A stretch of 64,000 nucleotides of DNA from Rhina ancylostomus (taxonomy: Eukaryota): contig JARFYF010000064.1 in the NCBI GenBank assembly GCA_030265395.1, positions 4,735,286 to 4,799,285 on the forward strand, read 5' to 3'. Both the position numbers and the translations under genes were made by a program. The notes beneath the pieces are model-generated. The model saw nothing but the letters and a program-made list of their open reading frames with translations, did not search any database and was not told where the DNA came from. This document shows, in pieces, positions 50,001 to 64,000 of this stretch; the first letter of the stretch is position 1; every line of letters begins with the position of its first letter.

Positions 50001-53000
50001 AAGGGTAGGTCCACTCTTGGAGAATGTCTTACTTCAATTGCACAGGGCATTTGTGAGACCACATTTTAAGTATTTGTGCTTATCCAATGAGGAGTGTTCT
50101 TGTTGTGGAGAGAGTGCATACTGGCTAGACCTAATTTGTATGCTGCTTTCTATGTGTCTTTGATTTATGTTGCATTTTGATCAGGATACCAAGGAAAAAC
50201 TCCCTTGTTCTTTAAAGAAATGTTTTATGCATGACAAAGAGGATAGACAGGACCTCACTCAGAGATGGTACCCTGACAGTGCACTAATTCCTTATTACTG
50301 CACTGGAATGTTAGCTTAAATTTTGAAATCAAGCCTCTGGAGCTAGATTGGAACCCTGTCCTTAATATTGGACTGCTGGATCTAGGAATTTTATTATGCT
50401 TTCAGATTTGTAGAAAGCACTTTGTTTTATTAATATCAAGAAGTTTAATTCCATTTAAATTTGTAATTGCATTTACATTCTTAAAGTAAGATTGAATTTG
50501 CAAGACCTCCTATTGTTTCTGACTCATTAGGCCTAAAACTAATCTGGTAAAAAATCTAACTTGGAAGAACAGATAAGGAACCAATAGGTCAAAGACACTG
50601 CTTGAGAAAGAGAGATATAGTAATGGATTGATGGAGAGCTGGATACTGGTCCACCTCCAGCAAGAGGTAAACCATTTTGAAATGTACCATTTGTTAAATA
50701 GTAAATGCGTTTTTCCATAATCCCAATTGGGAAAAGAAGGCAATGTAAAACAATGTGCAATGCTGCAACAATCATCAACCTTATACTGATTTTTTTTTTG
50801 TTTAGGTTTCTGTTTGTTTATGCCACACCAAAGGAACCTACAACAAAAAGCAGATTGCTATATCCAAGCAGAATGACTGCTTAATTTGCACTGTTAGCAC
50901 CAAGTATTGGCATCTGTTTCCCCAGGTCTTCCATAATATAGTTTGGTTATTTCCTTGTAATGAGCTTTGCCTTTTATGCTATTATAAAACTTACTTTCAG
51001 AAGATGATCTTATGACTTTAGTTAAGGGGACAGATCTGTTGAAACCGCAACATTATTCTGCAGTTGTTGAAATTTCTTTGTTCAAATTCTTGTGTTCCTT
51101 GTCATTGTCACCAGTAAAGAATACAGTTCAAAAACTGAATTTGTTCATGCAATGTTTGTGCCTCCCTCTACATTAGAGAGCTTTAAATTCTCCACCTCTT
51201 CACCATCACCTCTTTTGCCTGTCCAGTGCTTCTCTATGGTCAGGCTGCTTGTCTTGATATTCAGTCCTAGATAAGACAGAAAATGTTCCCTCTGAACATT
51301 GAAGAGACTAAAGGTTGAGCCACAGATGCTGATTTCATTTCCATCCATAGCTGACATTCTACTAAACAAAAACTATGAAGTGCAAAGTTCCTATTATTTA
51401 TTAATACCTATTTGCCTTGATTTTTTAAATTACACAGACCTGCAGGTCCTCTGGGGGCATGTTCACTCAGAGACCTGTAAAAATGGTTTGTAATGATTGC
51501 TGAGTTCTTTAATGATAGCTCATTGGCTCAACTCTTGTATCAGGGTTTTAAAAAAATCTGATCTGTGACTGCTGATAGCCAAATGTACTGGTTCATAAAA
51601 ACTCTTCTGTGTTTTGCTATTCCTGTATTTGTTTCTTTCAGCCTTTTCTATTATTGTTCCCTTTTTTCACTTGATGACTTCCTTGCAGTATATTTGCATT
51701 TTTGCCATCAGCTACTGCACCTCTCAAGTCTGTTCCTTGTAGTAGAAACTCTTAATTGCTTCTGCTTGGGAGTTTGAAGGGATCTGGGTCAGTTCTTGGC
51801 TGTAAGTGATATTATTCCATGGATATCATCTCTGGCAAGGTCAGCATTCACCATCTCTAATGACCATTGAAAAGTTAGTGGTGAGGCTGCAGAGTGCATG
51901 GTAAAAACATTCCCATAATATTGTTGGGTTGGTAGTTTCGATGTTCGACCAGCAACAGTAACTGAATGATATATTTCCAAATCAGGAAGGTGGATGACTT
52001 TGAGGGGTGGTGCTGTTCCCATGTATATACTGTCCTTATTCTCAGTGTACTGTTGAAGAAACCTTTGAGGCATTTCTTTAATGCACTTTGTAGATATGCA
52101 AATCCACAGTCATGGTACGGAAGAAGTGAATGTTCAGGGCTGTGGATTGAGTATCTAACAAGCATGCTGTTTTGTCCTGGATGATGTGGAGTACTTTGAG
52201 TGTTGTTGGAACTGGACTTGACTAGGCAACTGGAGAGAGTACCATTACGCACTTGTTTTGTAGCTGATGGAAAGAGAGAGGTGAGTCACTTGTTGCACAT
52301 TTTCCAGCATAGGCCCTACTTATGCTGATACAATATTTATGTTCCAGTTACATTTCTGATCCTCTAGCATCTGGATGTTTTTGTGTCTATCCACTGAAAT
52401 CAAAGATTGATGGGTAGAGTTTTCTTTGTCTGCTTGGCACAATATTTGTAATGGTGGGTATCAGTTTTTATGGTAAAGGATCAGTCACAAAGCTTCACAA
52501 GGCTGTGGCATGGTCACTTCTGCTGTGGTCTTCCAAGCTGTTGATTCAGCAATGGTAATGCTGTAAAATGCCATAGGAAAATAGTTTCCCTAGTAGGAAA
52601 TGACCATTAGCAAGCATGTGGGGTATAAATTCTACTTGCCATTTATCAGCCCATATCCAGCACAGACTTCTTCACTATTTGATCAGTTATGAATGGAACT
52701 AAGCACTGTGTAATCATTAGTAAATATCCACACTTCTGACTGTATGATGGAAGGGAGATCATTCATAAAAATGGGATATTGCCCTGAGAAATATTTGCAT
52801 TGATGATGAGGGACAGTGGTGATTGATTTCCTGCAACAATGACTCTTCGTTTTGGCATGACTACACTACACCCAGTGGAAGATTCACCCTCGCCTCATTC
52901 TGGGATGTTGCTGGAGTCTGAACTGTTTTCACCTTCTCATATGATCAGCTGTTTCTTGATATCTCATACCGTGAACTGAAATACTGGCAACTGCCCTCCT

Positions 53001-54549
53001 TGACATTGCAGACCTTGCAAGGAGAACAAGATGGATTGTTCACATTGTATTCTGGGCAATTATGTTTCGAAGGGCTGTAGTTGCACCATAAATGGTGGTA
53101 CATTTAATGATTGTCAGTTGTTGACCGGTGGATAGCAAAGTCTGTTTCATCAATAGCCGTGATAATAGTGAGATCAAAGACCAGGTTATACTGTTGCATT
53201 TTTTCCTCGTGAAAGAAGCACCTTATTTTTGGATAAAGACACATAAGTATTAACATTTCTCTCACACCTTAATTGTGCAGATTACATTGTCCAGCAGCTA
53301 AAAATAATTGCCTTTGATCTCGCGTTTAATGACAATTGTGGCTTAATTTGCAGTGTTAGGTAAATGAAACAGGAAGTATAAATACTCAGCAGATCAGACA
53401 TCATGTGTGGAAAGGGACATACAGTGTTTACAAGTCAATGATCTCTTGTGCAATATTTTGATTTTGGGTTATTGTTTAATTGTGGCAATTGTTTAAATTC
53501 AGCATAGGATATCAGTATCTTTGGATGGTCAAATAGAAATGGAAACACTTTGCCTCTATAACCTGATAACATAAAGTTTCTGAGCTTTGTGTCTCCATTG
53601 GGTTGCTTTTTCCTATCATAGTAATCTCCTCAATTTCCACACACAAAGTCTCCATTTCAGACTTCATAATGTAGTTGGCATGTTTGTGTGGTGTTCCTTC
53701 ATGAGATTGACAGTCCTGTATGGTAATCCACTGTATGTGAGAAGCAGCCAGAGAGTGTTATGCTTGATAGAATCAACAGTAGCTTTGATATCGACATAAA
53801 CTATCCAGATAGCATGTTGAAACTTCCACCTAGTTCTATTGCATGAGGAGATTCAGTGTAGTGTTAGCAAGCTGTTTGCCACTGCTGGTCAGAGTAATTT
53901 GATGCCACACTATTATATCTGCTCTACTTTCTATTGCAAAATGACAATATGATGCTTTTCTTCCAGTCTGCTGGTATAGTGTGTAGAAAAATCTTGACTA
54001 TTAATTTCATGGCAGCTGGCCCAGCAGATNNNNNNNNNNNNNNNNNNNNNNNNNNNNNNNNNNNNNNNNNNNNNNNNNNNNNNNNNNNNNNNNNNNNNNN
54101 NNNNNNNNNNNNNNNNNNNNNNNNNNNNNCTCAGTATTTCTAATCTGGTATTACAAATTCTTGGTGCACTGCTGCTTTTCAACCCTCACTTGGTGCTGAG
54201 CAGATAATATTTGAACTTTGATTGCCATTGTGGTAGGTGGAAATGAAGGTTGTTAGGGATGCAAGGTTGGGGCTGATCTGATCTAGGAGAGGAGTTCTTT
54301 CCATTGTGCTGAATTCTACATCCAACACTGACCAAGCAGCCATTAGCATCTGTGATTGGACTAAAAACATTGCAGTAAGCTTTCCAGAGTTGCCAGATAC
54401 CTGGACAGGCTTGGCTGGTCTTAAAATATTCCACGACATTATTTGGAGTTCAGCAGAGTCGTTCAAGTTCATTGGCCAGCATTTGTTCCTTAATCAATAC
54501 TAGAGTGATAGATGATCTCATCATTTAATCTGATTGGTTTCTCAGGGAC

Positions 54550-54750
54550 CTTCCTACACTACACAAAGGATGTGGTAGTGATGGAGAGAATACAGAAGAG
54601 ATTCACCAGGATATTGCCTAGAGTGGAAGGCTGTATTTAGAAGGAGAGATTGGATAGTCTGGGTTTATTCTCACTGGGACATAGGAGGCTGAGTGGTGAC
54701 CTTAGAGGTTTATTAAATTGTGAAGAGCATAGATAGGATAGATAGTCAAT
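54550..54750 (+). mobile_element. CR1 ORF2 C-terminal fragment
   Basis: KDVVVMERIQKRFTRILP...LDSLGLFSLGHRRLSGDL. Confidence 0.8.
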
Positions 54751-57700
54751 TAATTAACTAAATACATGGAAAAGCCCCAAGTTATGAAACCTGGCAAATA
54801 CAAGTTCTGTTTTTCTTTTCTGTCTCCTTCTGTCTTGCATTTACTCTCTCCCATTTCTCTTTCCTTCATATTGGTCTTAGTTTTACTTATTGAGAATTGT
54901 TCATTTGGGTTACAATTTGTAAATATGCTTCTGTGATATCCTAGAAGCGTTATTATTCACTGCACTGATTAAAACTACAGAGTACCTGCTCTGATCATCA
55001 TAAATCTTGGTATAATTTGCCACCTCTTGCCATCAAAAGTGAAAGTTGTGCAAGTCCAAAATGGTGAAAGGCCTTTAATTCTGAAATAAAAGTGATGTTG
55101 AAATCAGAATTTGTCACTTCCCCACCTATTGTTGCAGGCAAGGAGTCAGAAAACAGTTTGAATGGAAATCAGCATTTCTGCATTATAGATGAGTAGGACA
55201 ACTTGGACTATTTTTTTGACTATTTAATTACAAGTTTGATGGTAGATTTGTGACTCCCAATGGCAATTTAAAATATTTTTACTGTCAAGCTTCTGAAGTT
55301 TGTTTAGAACATATGGTTGACTATCTGAGATTATGATGTTAATTCTCAGTTTTGAATTTCCTTTTTGTTTTGCCTTTTCTAATCTGTATGCACTCATGAC
55401 AGATACATGCACCCTAATTACAATTTCCTGTATTAAAATGAGGGAACACTTTTTGCTGGTTTGACACAGTCCATATCTAAATACTTTCAACAAATACAGT
55501 TTAAATTTAGTGAATGAAATGACTTAACATTTTCAGATGTTAATGCCTAGGTCTGTCTGAATGTATGTTTGTGCTGGGGGCTGTGTTGATTGCCCTCACA
55601 CAGATGCCTGGAGTGCCTCAGATCAGTGTCTTGTGCTGAACCATCTTTAATTGCTTAATCAATATCCTTTTTTTTGTTATTGGGTTAAAAAGAGGGGTGC
55701 TTCCAGATGAAAGTCCATTTTTTTTCCCCCAGTTGACGCTCCTTAGGCAGTGAAGCAGTTTGCCCTTGCATGTGGCGGGTTCTGGGCAAATGTCTGGCTT
55801 GGACTGATAAGCAAGTAATATGTGGCACAAGTGTGAGGAAAGAGGGANNNNNNNNNNNNNNNAATCAACAATCAGCACCAATTTACCATCTTTTTAAGTT
55901 ATCGCCCTCGACCTCCATGAACACACTGAACAGTTGTACCTTTTCCAAGTTTGCTCAACTGTACCACCTAAACCTGAAACCTTTTAACACCTAGAAGAAT
56001 GAAGGTATCAGATACCTGGGAGATTAGCATTTGCAAACTTGCCTCAAAGATGTACACCGTCTTGACTTGGATATAAGTTCTTTCCTTCATCTTTGCTCGG
56101 TCAGACTCCTGGAACTCCCAGCTAACAACTGTGTTTATGTTCTGTTTACAGCAGTGCTGAAAGTTATGCTGTTCTAAGTCACAAAATATGCTGATTGTTA
56201 AACTGTCTGCTGAGGAACACTGAGAGCACCTTCACCGCAGGAATGCAGTGGATAAAGAAGCTAACCCATTTTGGTGAAGGCAGTGTGGCTGGAAAATAAA
56301 GGCTGAATGAAATGCATGAATTCAATGCTTGAATAAAAATTACTGTTGGATTTTACCATCTGTTTCTAAAAATTGTATTGATTCCATTTATTTTGAAGAT
56401 CATTAATTTAAATGTAAAATCCTATATCCTGTGGAGAAAGATATGTGTCTTTAACTAAGATGATCAGAAAATTTCATTGGTAGACGTTTGGAGAAATTGA
56501 AATGGTATGAAGTATATTTAGATCATCATCCCAGCTATAGCATAGTTTGTCACTAAGCTGCAGTTGTTATTCAAAAGCAGACATTTTAAGATTCAGCTAC
56601 ATGATAATTGCTAAGTAAATCTGAATTTTTAAGAGAAGATAAAGATTAAAGGGGAACCTTTATACTATTTATTTCCATTCAAGAGAAGGAAATTTAGTGC
56701 AACACAATGATTTTGTCCATCTCAGTGGAGTTATTTCCTTGTGGAAGAGTAAATGTTATTTTGAAATTTTTTTTCCAAGAGAGCAAGCTTGAAAGATATT
56801 TCTGATGCAGTGAGAATTGTGCTATTTCAGCCACAGCCCCATTGTAAATGCTGCTCAGTAACAGCATGTTATATTGTTAATGAAAATCCTGATCATAATT
56901 TCATAGTTGCAAATTTTTTGTGCTCTACATGTTGTGCTCAGATGTGTATGTAGGTATTCACTTACAGTATTTAAATACATGCAGTGCCTTTTTGTTAAGA
57001 AAATAACGTTCAGGTAAAACCCCAGTAAGCCTAAAAGTATATGAAGTTAAAGTTCTGTAAAGTTTCTATACGAATCTGACTGCTGTAAGGGCATATAGTG
57101 AAATAAGAGTAAATGATCCACTTGAATGCCATTGTGAACAATTGTTTGTAGAAGAGCAAAACTTTGATACATAGTTAAAACCCAACTCAAGCCTGATCCA
57201 ACCCGGCCAATCTAAATTTGTCCTATGCGCAAGGATCTAAATTGTATTTTTTTGGCTAACTGACCCACCTTGAACCCTCCATCAGCATGAACCCATCTAG
57301 CCCCATGATTACAGCACACTCACTCAAACTAGCACTGGCAGCTCCAAACCCCTATGTCTTTGTGCTCAACTTTTAAAACTTGGTCCCCTAGTCCACAAGC
57401 ACGAGACATTTTATGAAGAATCATCAATCTGAAACAGTAATTATGTTTCTCTCTCCATATTCTCCATTTTCTGTCTTTATTTCTGATATCCATCATTTAC
57501 GGTTTTTCACTTTTTGTGCTATAATGCTTAAGTTCTATAATTACTTCCGGCTGTAAAGCACTGAATGTGATGGCGTAGGGGAGTGTGCTAAATTTCCTTT
57601 AAATTACCATACTTTTCAGTATTAATATAATACACCAAGGCAAGGCAGCTAAATGGGTATGTTGCACACTGGACTGTGCAACTGAGCAATGTCTATGTGT

Positions 57701-58936
57701 ATTCAGTTGTTCAGAAATGTAGTCACCCAGCATCCTGTATCTCTAAATAGAGATGCTTCATATATTAACAACTGTAAATTCTTGGTACATTGAGAAATAT
57801 AAATATTGACAGGGTGTCTTTGATGAAAATTATCCCAACAGAAAATGTTTATATTGTATACTTGAAGAGCCTAACATGAAAACGTTTCAAGATCTATTTC
57901 AAATTGAGTTTACTTTGAACTTAGTCTCTGAAGTGAAATACAGCTAGATCAATGTGTTAAACTCCGAACTCTGATCAGTTGGAGCAAATTTTATTCTGGG
58001 GATGTACTGGTAAAAATATATGGTTCACTTCCATGGACTTAGTAGCAACATGTTTTTCATTCTGAGCCTGGCCACTTTTTTTGCAGTTAAAATGTGTAGT
58101 TTTGCCTGACTTACTGTATTTGCTATGAGTCACGGTCCCGTGGGTGTTCGTAATTGTGATGGGGCCTGCACTTCTGGCATGCTGTCTTTATGTTGCAATT
58201 AAGCATTGTCCAGAGTTAGAATAGGCATTGCATTTCTGAACACAGTTGAATTAAAAGGGACTGTTTGAATTTTTTTTCTCTTATAGACTGAGCACTATAG
58301 AAAGGCCTTTTTTTTCATTCATTAGCCTGAAAGGGCTTGCCCCTGTAATAGTTTGTTGTGTGTTAGCAAGCTGTTTATATTTGAAATTCATGGCATCCAG
58401 AATCTCTCTCAATCTTCACATATCTGAATTGAATTGGGACAATTTAAATGTTTGGACGAGGGGGAAAGCAGTTATATTGGTTTGGATGCTTTGTTGTAGA
58501 TGGATGTTAATGAAGGTTATTATATTTATCATACATTGGATCTTTCTGCAAACAATTTGTTTTCCATGATAAATCACTCTATGATGTATTAAAAATGTTT
58601 CATTTGATATCCTACCTTGGAACAGATGATCCTTTGTATCATCTTTTCCATGATAGCATTGCACTGCAAGTTAATTCTCCTATCATTGCTGATGGCATTG
58701 CAGCATCTCAGATTTGAGTTTCCTTGCACTATGGCTTGATCTGCTTGGTTGGAGCAAAACTCCTCACTCCAACCAAGTCAATTTCTGTGCATCCAAAATT
58801 ATTGTAGATGTTTCCATTCAACTAAAATATCAAATCAAAGTATTATAATGAAGTAAAAAATGCAGCTAACCCCTGAGCACACTTGTTCTTGACTCCCCAT
58901 GTACCAAGGTAGTTACTGAACTTTTGTTTGATTTTT

Positions 58937-59445
58937 CAGAATCAGAATTGGATTTATTATCACTGATTTGTCTGACGTGAAATTTGTTGTTTAGCAGCAG
59001 CAGTAATAATGCAAAGGCATAAAAGTAACTATAAATTACAAAATAAATAGTGCAAAAAAAAGAATAACAAGGTAGTGTTCATGGACCGTTCAGAAATCTG
59101 ATAGTGTAGGGGAAGAAACTGCTCCTAAATCGCTGAGTGTGGGTTTTCAGGCTCCTGTACATCCTCCCCAATGGTAGTAATGAGAAGAGGGCATGTCCCG
59201 GATGGTGAGGGTCTCTAGTGATGGATGCCACTTTCTCGAGGCATGCTTCTTGAAAATGTCCTTGATGGTGGGGCAGATTGTGCCCATGATGAAGGTGGCT
59301 GAGTCTACAACCCTCTGCAGCCTCTTGCGATTCTGCGCATTGGAGNNNNNNNNNNNNNNNNNNNNNNNNNNNNNNNNNNNNNNNNNNNNNNNNNNNNNNN
59401 NNNNNNNNNNNNNNNNNNNNNNNNNNNNNNNNNNNNNNNNNNNNN
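58937..59445 (-). mobile_element. Rex1/Babar LINE 3' portion
   Basis: Reverse homolog of 23476-23792 and 61555-61950; tail gaatcagaat. Confidence 0.88.
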
Positions 59446-60534
59446 GAATCAGTGTTAGTGTCTGAGCACTATTTCCTGCAAATGCTCTGGATCAGGTATG
59501 GAAAAAAGATACAATCTCCCAGGCTCAGGTTGCTTGTGATTAGGTCAAGTTTTAATCTTATACCCAAGCAGATCTCAATTCCTCTCCACAATAGCAAGGT
59601 AGGCAAATCATTGGTTACCTCAATATTGAGCCAATTAGAGTGCTGTTCATTCATCAATTAAACCTTTGCCAGATTCTTTCAAGAGTTCCATTTAGTTGCT
59701 GTCATCACTGTTTCTCCGTGTACCTTCAACTTCTTCCTTTCATATAATTATCCAATTACATTTTGAAAGTTACTTTTGTTCCAATTTCACTTCTAGATCA
59801 CATCACAGAAACTTGGAGGATTTTTTTCCTCTTCTCGCTCTTCCGGTTTCATTACAAATAATCTGAAATCTCTGGTTTCTGGTCCAGAAACTGTGTCTTC
59901 CTCACCATCTCCCTCATTCACTCCTGTTAAATTTCAACCCAAACCTCTCTGCTCCCAAGAAAATCAATCACAGCTCCCTGGCCACCAAAACCAATCGTAT
60001 ATTGGTCCCATCACCATAAAAAGCCTATTTCCACCTCCAACGTCCTCCAACTCTGCCCTGCCTCCACACATCTGCTGGTCCTCACTGCTCTTCTCAAATT
60101 TTTTCTTTTTAATAAATTTACATCTTGGTCTTCTGGTCCACTGTCCAAAAATCAATGTTAAATTTGTTTGATTACAGGCCTGTAAAGTTTCAGCAACCTT
60201 TTACTTAAGCATGTTATATAAATGCATTTACTTTTGCTTAATTCTTTCTTCATTTGACTGAAATTCCTTACTTCTGTACCATTTTGGTAATTATGACCTT
60301 CTTTTGTTCTTGGATTGACATAGTCCACTAATCTCAGGCAGAGCAATCTGAGAGATGTTCAGAGGGTGAGCAAATTTACCGCTGATATACAACATCTTAT
60401 ACTGTTGCACTGCTTAACTACAACCTCTAAAGTAACCCCCCAAAAAAACTTAGCAACAGAGTCAGAAAACAACTGTCTTCTCCATATGTGCAAAAAAAAA
60501 TTTAATGCTCACATATACTGTATACAGGCAGAGA

Positions 60535-61553
60535 ATCACAAAGATTACAGTATGGAAGGACAATATTTGGCAGAGTCCATGCCAACTCTATCCAAGAGTG
60601 ATCCAACTAGTCCCACTCTTCCAACCACTTTCCATAGTTCTGCAAATAGCTTCAACTAGTTATCCAGTTCCTTTTGGAATGCCATAATCGAATCCACTTT
60701 ACCACTCCCTCCAAAGTGTATTCCAGATTCAAACCACACTCTGTTTGAAAGTTTCCAAATGTTATGTTTGGTCCCTCAGCTGTCATAATTTTAAACAACT
60801 TCATTAGATCACCTCACAAGCCCATATGCTTCCGGGGAGAAGCCCAACTTCTTTATTCTATTCAGTCAGTGCTCCTTTGACTCATTCAAGTAAATCTCTT
60901 CTGCACCCTCTATAAAATGCCTTAATATTTTTTCCTGAAGTGCAGCATCCAGAATTGAATGCAATACTCCAGCTGTGGCCAAACCAACACTTTGTGAAGG
61001 TTCATTGCAACTTTTTTCCTTGCATTCTATACCTTTGTTTATAAAGCTCAGTACCCTCTCCAGCTTTACAACTACTTTCTCAACATGCCAAACCAATTCC
61101 AACAGTTTAGTTACCCACAGATCTCTATTCTCAAACCCCTTTTAGCACGACGTCCTCTAATTGGTAACTGGCTTATAGTCACATGTACCGAGGCACAGTG
61201 ATACACTTTCTTTTGCATGCTATCCATACAGATCATTTCATCACATCAATAGAGGTAGTAGAAGGGAAAAGCAATAAAATTAATACATTTCTAACCCAAA
61301 TCTATACATTGTCTCTCCTCATTCTTCCTACCAGAATATAATATTTTGCATTTCTCAGTGTTAAATTTCACCTGCCTAGTGTCCAATCATTCCCACCAAT
61401 TTAAATCCTCTATCCTTCTCACAGTTTACTGTGGTGGCACATTTTGGTGTTGTCTGCAGATTTGGCAACTGCACTGTATGCCTAAATCATTAACAGAGTA
61501 CATCAAGAAAAACAGTGGTCCATATAACTAGTTCCTGAGGAACACCACTATAT
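60535..61553 (-). mobile_element. Decayed CR1 RT-to-3' end fragment
   Basis: Reverse GVPQ motif at ~61535-61548 and ORF 60866-61102 (HVEKVV.K..RVL.FINKGIE.K). Confidence 0.75.
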
Positions 61554-62230
61554 GAATCAGAATCAGATTTATTATCACTGACGTAGATGACGTGAAATTT
61601 GCTTTTTGTGGCAGCAGTATAGTGCAAATTACTATAAAATTATGAAAATAAATAATGCAAAAAGGAATATAGTGTTCATGGACCCTTCAGAAATCTGATG
61701 GCAGAGGGAAAGACGCTGTTTCTGAATCATTGAGTGTGGGTCTTCAGGTTCCTGTACCTCCTCCCCAATGGTGGTAACGAGAAGAGGGCATGTCCCAGAT
61801 GGTGAGGGTCCTTAGTGATGGATGCCACCTTCTTGAGGCACTGCCTCTTGAAGATCTTGATGGTGGAGAGGGTCACACCTGTGATGGAGCTGGCTGAGTC
61901 TACAACCCTCTGCAGCCTCTTGTGATCCTGTGCACTGCAGCCTCCATACTAGGCTGTGATGCAACCAGTCAGAATGTTCTCCACCTTACATCTATAGAAA
62001 TTTGGAAGAGTCTTTGGTGACACAACAAATCTCCTCAAATTCCTAATGAAGTAGAGCAGCTGGTGTGCCTTCTTCGTGACTGCATCAATGTGTTGAGCCC
62101 AGCAGAGATCCTCCAATATGTTGACACCCAGGAACTTGAAACTGCTCACCCTTTCCACCACTGACCCCTCAATAAGGGCTGGTGTGTGTTCTCCTGACTT
62201 CCCCTTCCTGAAGTCCACAATCAATTCCTT
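61554..62230 (-). mobile_element. Rex1/Babar LINE, 5'-truncated
   Basis: ORF 61949-62224 IVDFRK...VERVSSFKFLGV.I..DL.W..H.....KKA.Q.LYF.R.LR.F...FYRC..E.ILT.CIT (DUF1891 region); (TTCTGA)n tail. Confidence 0.92.
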
Positions 62231-63299
62231 ATAACATTATTATGTAGGGTCTACATGTGCAAATGAAAATCAAGAAACCACAGATACTGAAAATCTGAAA
62301 TAAAAGTAGAAAGTGCTGGAGAAATAGAAAATACTGGAAACAGGGTCTTTGAGCTGAAATGTTAATTCTGTTTCTCTGTTCACTGTCCATTCATGTTGTA
62401 GTGTATAACATTGTACAACAGCTTGTAACACCTCAAAGCATTATTCAGCTGTTGAGCTGAAGTTGATATGTACCAATTAAATTTCTGACTAACTGCAAAT
62501 GAATTTTAAAAAATTCAATTGTCATTAAGGCCAAAAAAGAGAATAAGTCAGCAGAACAGTAATTAAAAAGGTTCTTTTCTTCCTTTCTATCTCCCCAAAG
62601 TTACCAGTGTTAAACTGTCACAGAAGAAAATGAATAAGCCATTTCTTTCAGCATGCTTATTGATTTTGCAACTAAGTCAAACAATTCAAGCAGACAATAT
62701 TTTCACAGCAGCATGATCTTTAAAATAAACTGTTCTGATTAGAATGTTCCAATTTTACTCTGAATTTTTGAGGCTGTGTTGTAAGTTCCTGGAAATATTT
62801 TTTCAGAGGCCTCCTTCATCTGGAATCACTTGCACTTGTTCTGCAGTTCTTCCAGGCATTTCCCAGCATTCATTTTTGCCCATAGTGAATCCAGGCCTTG
62901 AGGTTCCACCATGCAGTCTCAAATTCTCTATCTTCATGCTTGCTTTACTTGGCTTTGATCCTTAAGAAGAATTCAGTAATGTAAACAAACCACTGTGCTT
63001 TATGATGATCCAAATGAAAAAGCAGGGGTATAGTAATGTAATGGTTAAGTCAGTGAATCAGCAACAAGAGTTCTGGACCACTGAATCATGGACATGTATT
63101 CAAATCCACCTTGGCAACTGGGGAATTTAAATTCAAGTTATTACATAAATATGGATTTAAAAAATAACTTTCTAATATAACTATTTTTAAAAAAATAGTC
63201 CCTGTAACAGGATCCATGGAACCACCAGAATGTTAATAAAAATTGTCTAGTTTCTAATGTCCTTCAGGGAAGGAAATCTGCCACCTATAACCACTCCTT

Positions 63300-63756
63300 G
63301 TTTCTTGGTATCGAGGATTACTTCTATTTCAATTTTGTGGGTTCTGTGGTAGCTAATTAAGCCAGTGTAGGAACTGCTGACTCTTCCATAGATGGCAGAG
63401 GAGGTGGTTCATGGGGCAGGCATTGTGAGGTTAGTAGGGTGGTCCTGCCACTGACACAGGGCTTTTGATTCCAGTGCATGGCCATGGTTCTCAATACCAT
63501 CAAAAATACCCCTCTACCACTCTGAACGGTCATGGGCCAGTGATTCCCGGGAATTGGTTGAGATGTTACACATCTTTAAAGAAACTTTGAGCACATCCTT
63601 GGATTTGTTTCATTGTCTACCTGGTAAACTATTCTCATGGCAGATCTTGAAATAGAATGTATGTTTTGGAAGTCTGGTGGTAGGCATGCAAATGACATGT
63701 CCGGCCAAATTTAGCTGACAGAGAGTAACCAAGGGTTTAATGCTGATAATGTTGAG
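63300..63756 (-). mobile_element. RTE-clade LINE 3' end
   Basis: Minus-strand translation QLNLAGHVICMPTTRLPK....KDVLKVSLKMCNI....ESLAHDRSEW, typical RTE/BovB C-terminus. Confidence 0.85.
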
Positions 63757-64000
63757 ATCTAGTTTGTGGCTCCATTTGACCCAGTTCCTTAGTTAAGAAT
63801 GAACACCACTATTGCCAACAGCATCCACATCCTGTGAAAGAATAAAAAACCAAAATTGACATTTGGAACAACTTTACGATTGTGAGGAAGCACTAATGAG
63901 AGAAATACTAAATGATAAAATGTTGAGGGAAGTATGCAACACTATCAGAGAGAAAGAAAATTTAAATGATGTATACTGAGAGTGACATTAAAAAAAATTA

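Noticed and set aside
61949-62224. ORF with DUF1891 that is often mislabelled as ALKBH8-like
   Set aside because: It is the C-terminal region of a Rex1/Babar LINE ORF, with a matching 3' tail and sister copies in the window.
25140-64000. BMPR1A coding exons or further 5' UTR exons (acceptor-like sites at ~27489, 42975, 50806)
   Set aside because: No signal peptide, activin-receptor Cys domain or kinase peptide was found; UTR exons cannot be supported without transcript data.

Overview
Vertebrate genomic DNA from a cartilaginous fish, probably a ray or skate judging by the repeat families (HE1/V-SINE, SacSINE1/Deu-SINE, CR1/HER1, Rex1/Babar, RTE). It contains many N gaps. The left end holds the last two coding exons (third LIM domain) and 3' UTR of LDB3 (ZASP/Cypher) on the + strand. 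After about 20 kb of repeat-rich spacer there is a CpG-island promoter (~23990-25140) with an ATG-less + strand first exon ending at a CCG|GTGAGT donor (24678). By conserved LDB3-BMPR1A synteny this is most likely BMPR1A exon 1, and the remaining ~39 kb would be its 5' intron(s); no BMPR1A coding exon was recognised. The most notable signal is a family of short fold-back elements (13.8, 23.1, 27.6, 36.4-36.8, 48.3 kb and decayed copies). Several copies carry a minimal type I hammerhead-ribozyme motif, and four are flanked by 15-17 bp target-site duplications, so they look like Penelope-derived non-autonomous ribozyme retroelements. Other points of interest: an 86-bp duplication between the LDB3 last intron and its 3' UTR, a candidate divergent antisense lncRNA, and a candidate TCF/LEF+MEF2 intronic enhancer. 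Repeat boundaries are approximate and family names come from recall, not a database search.
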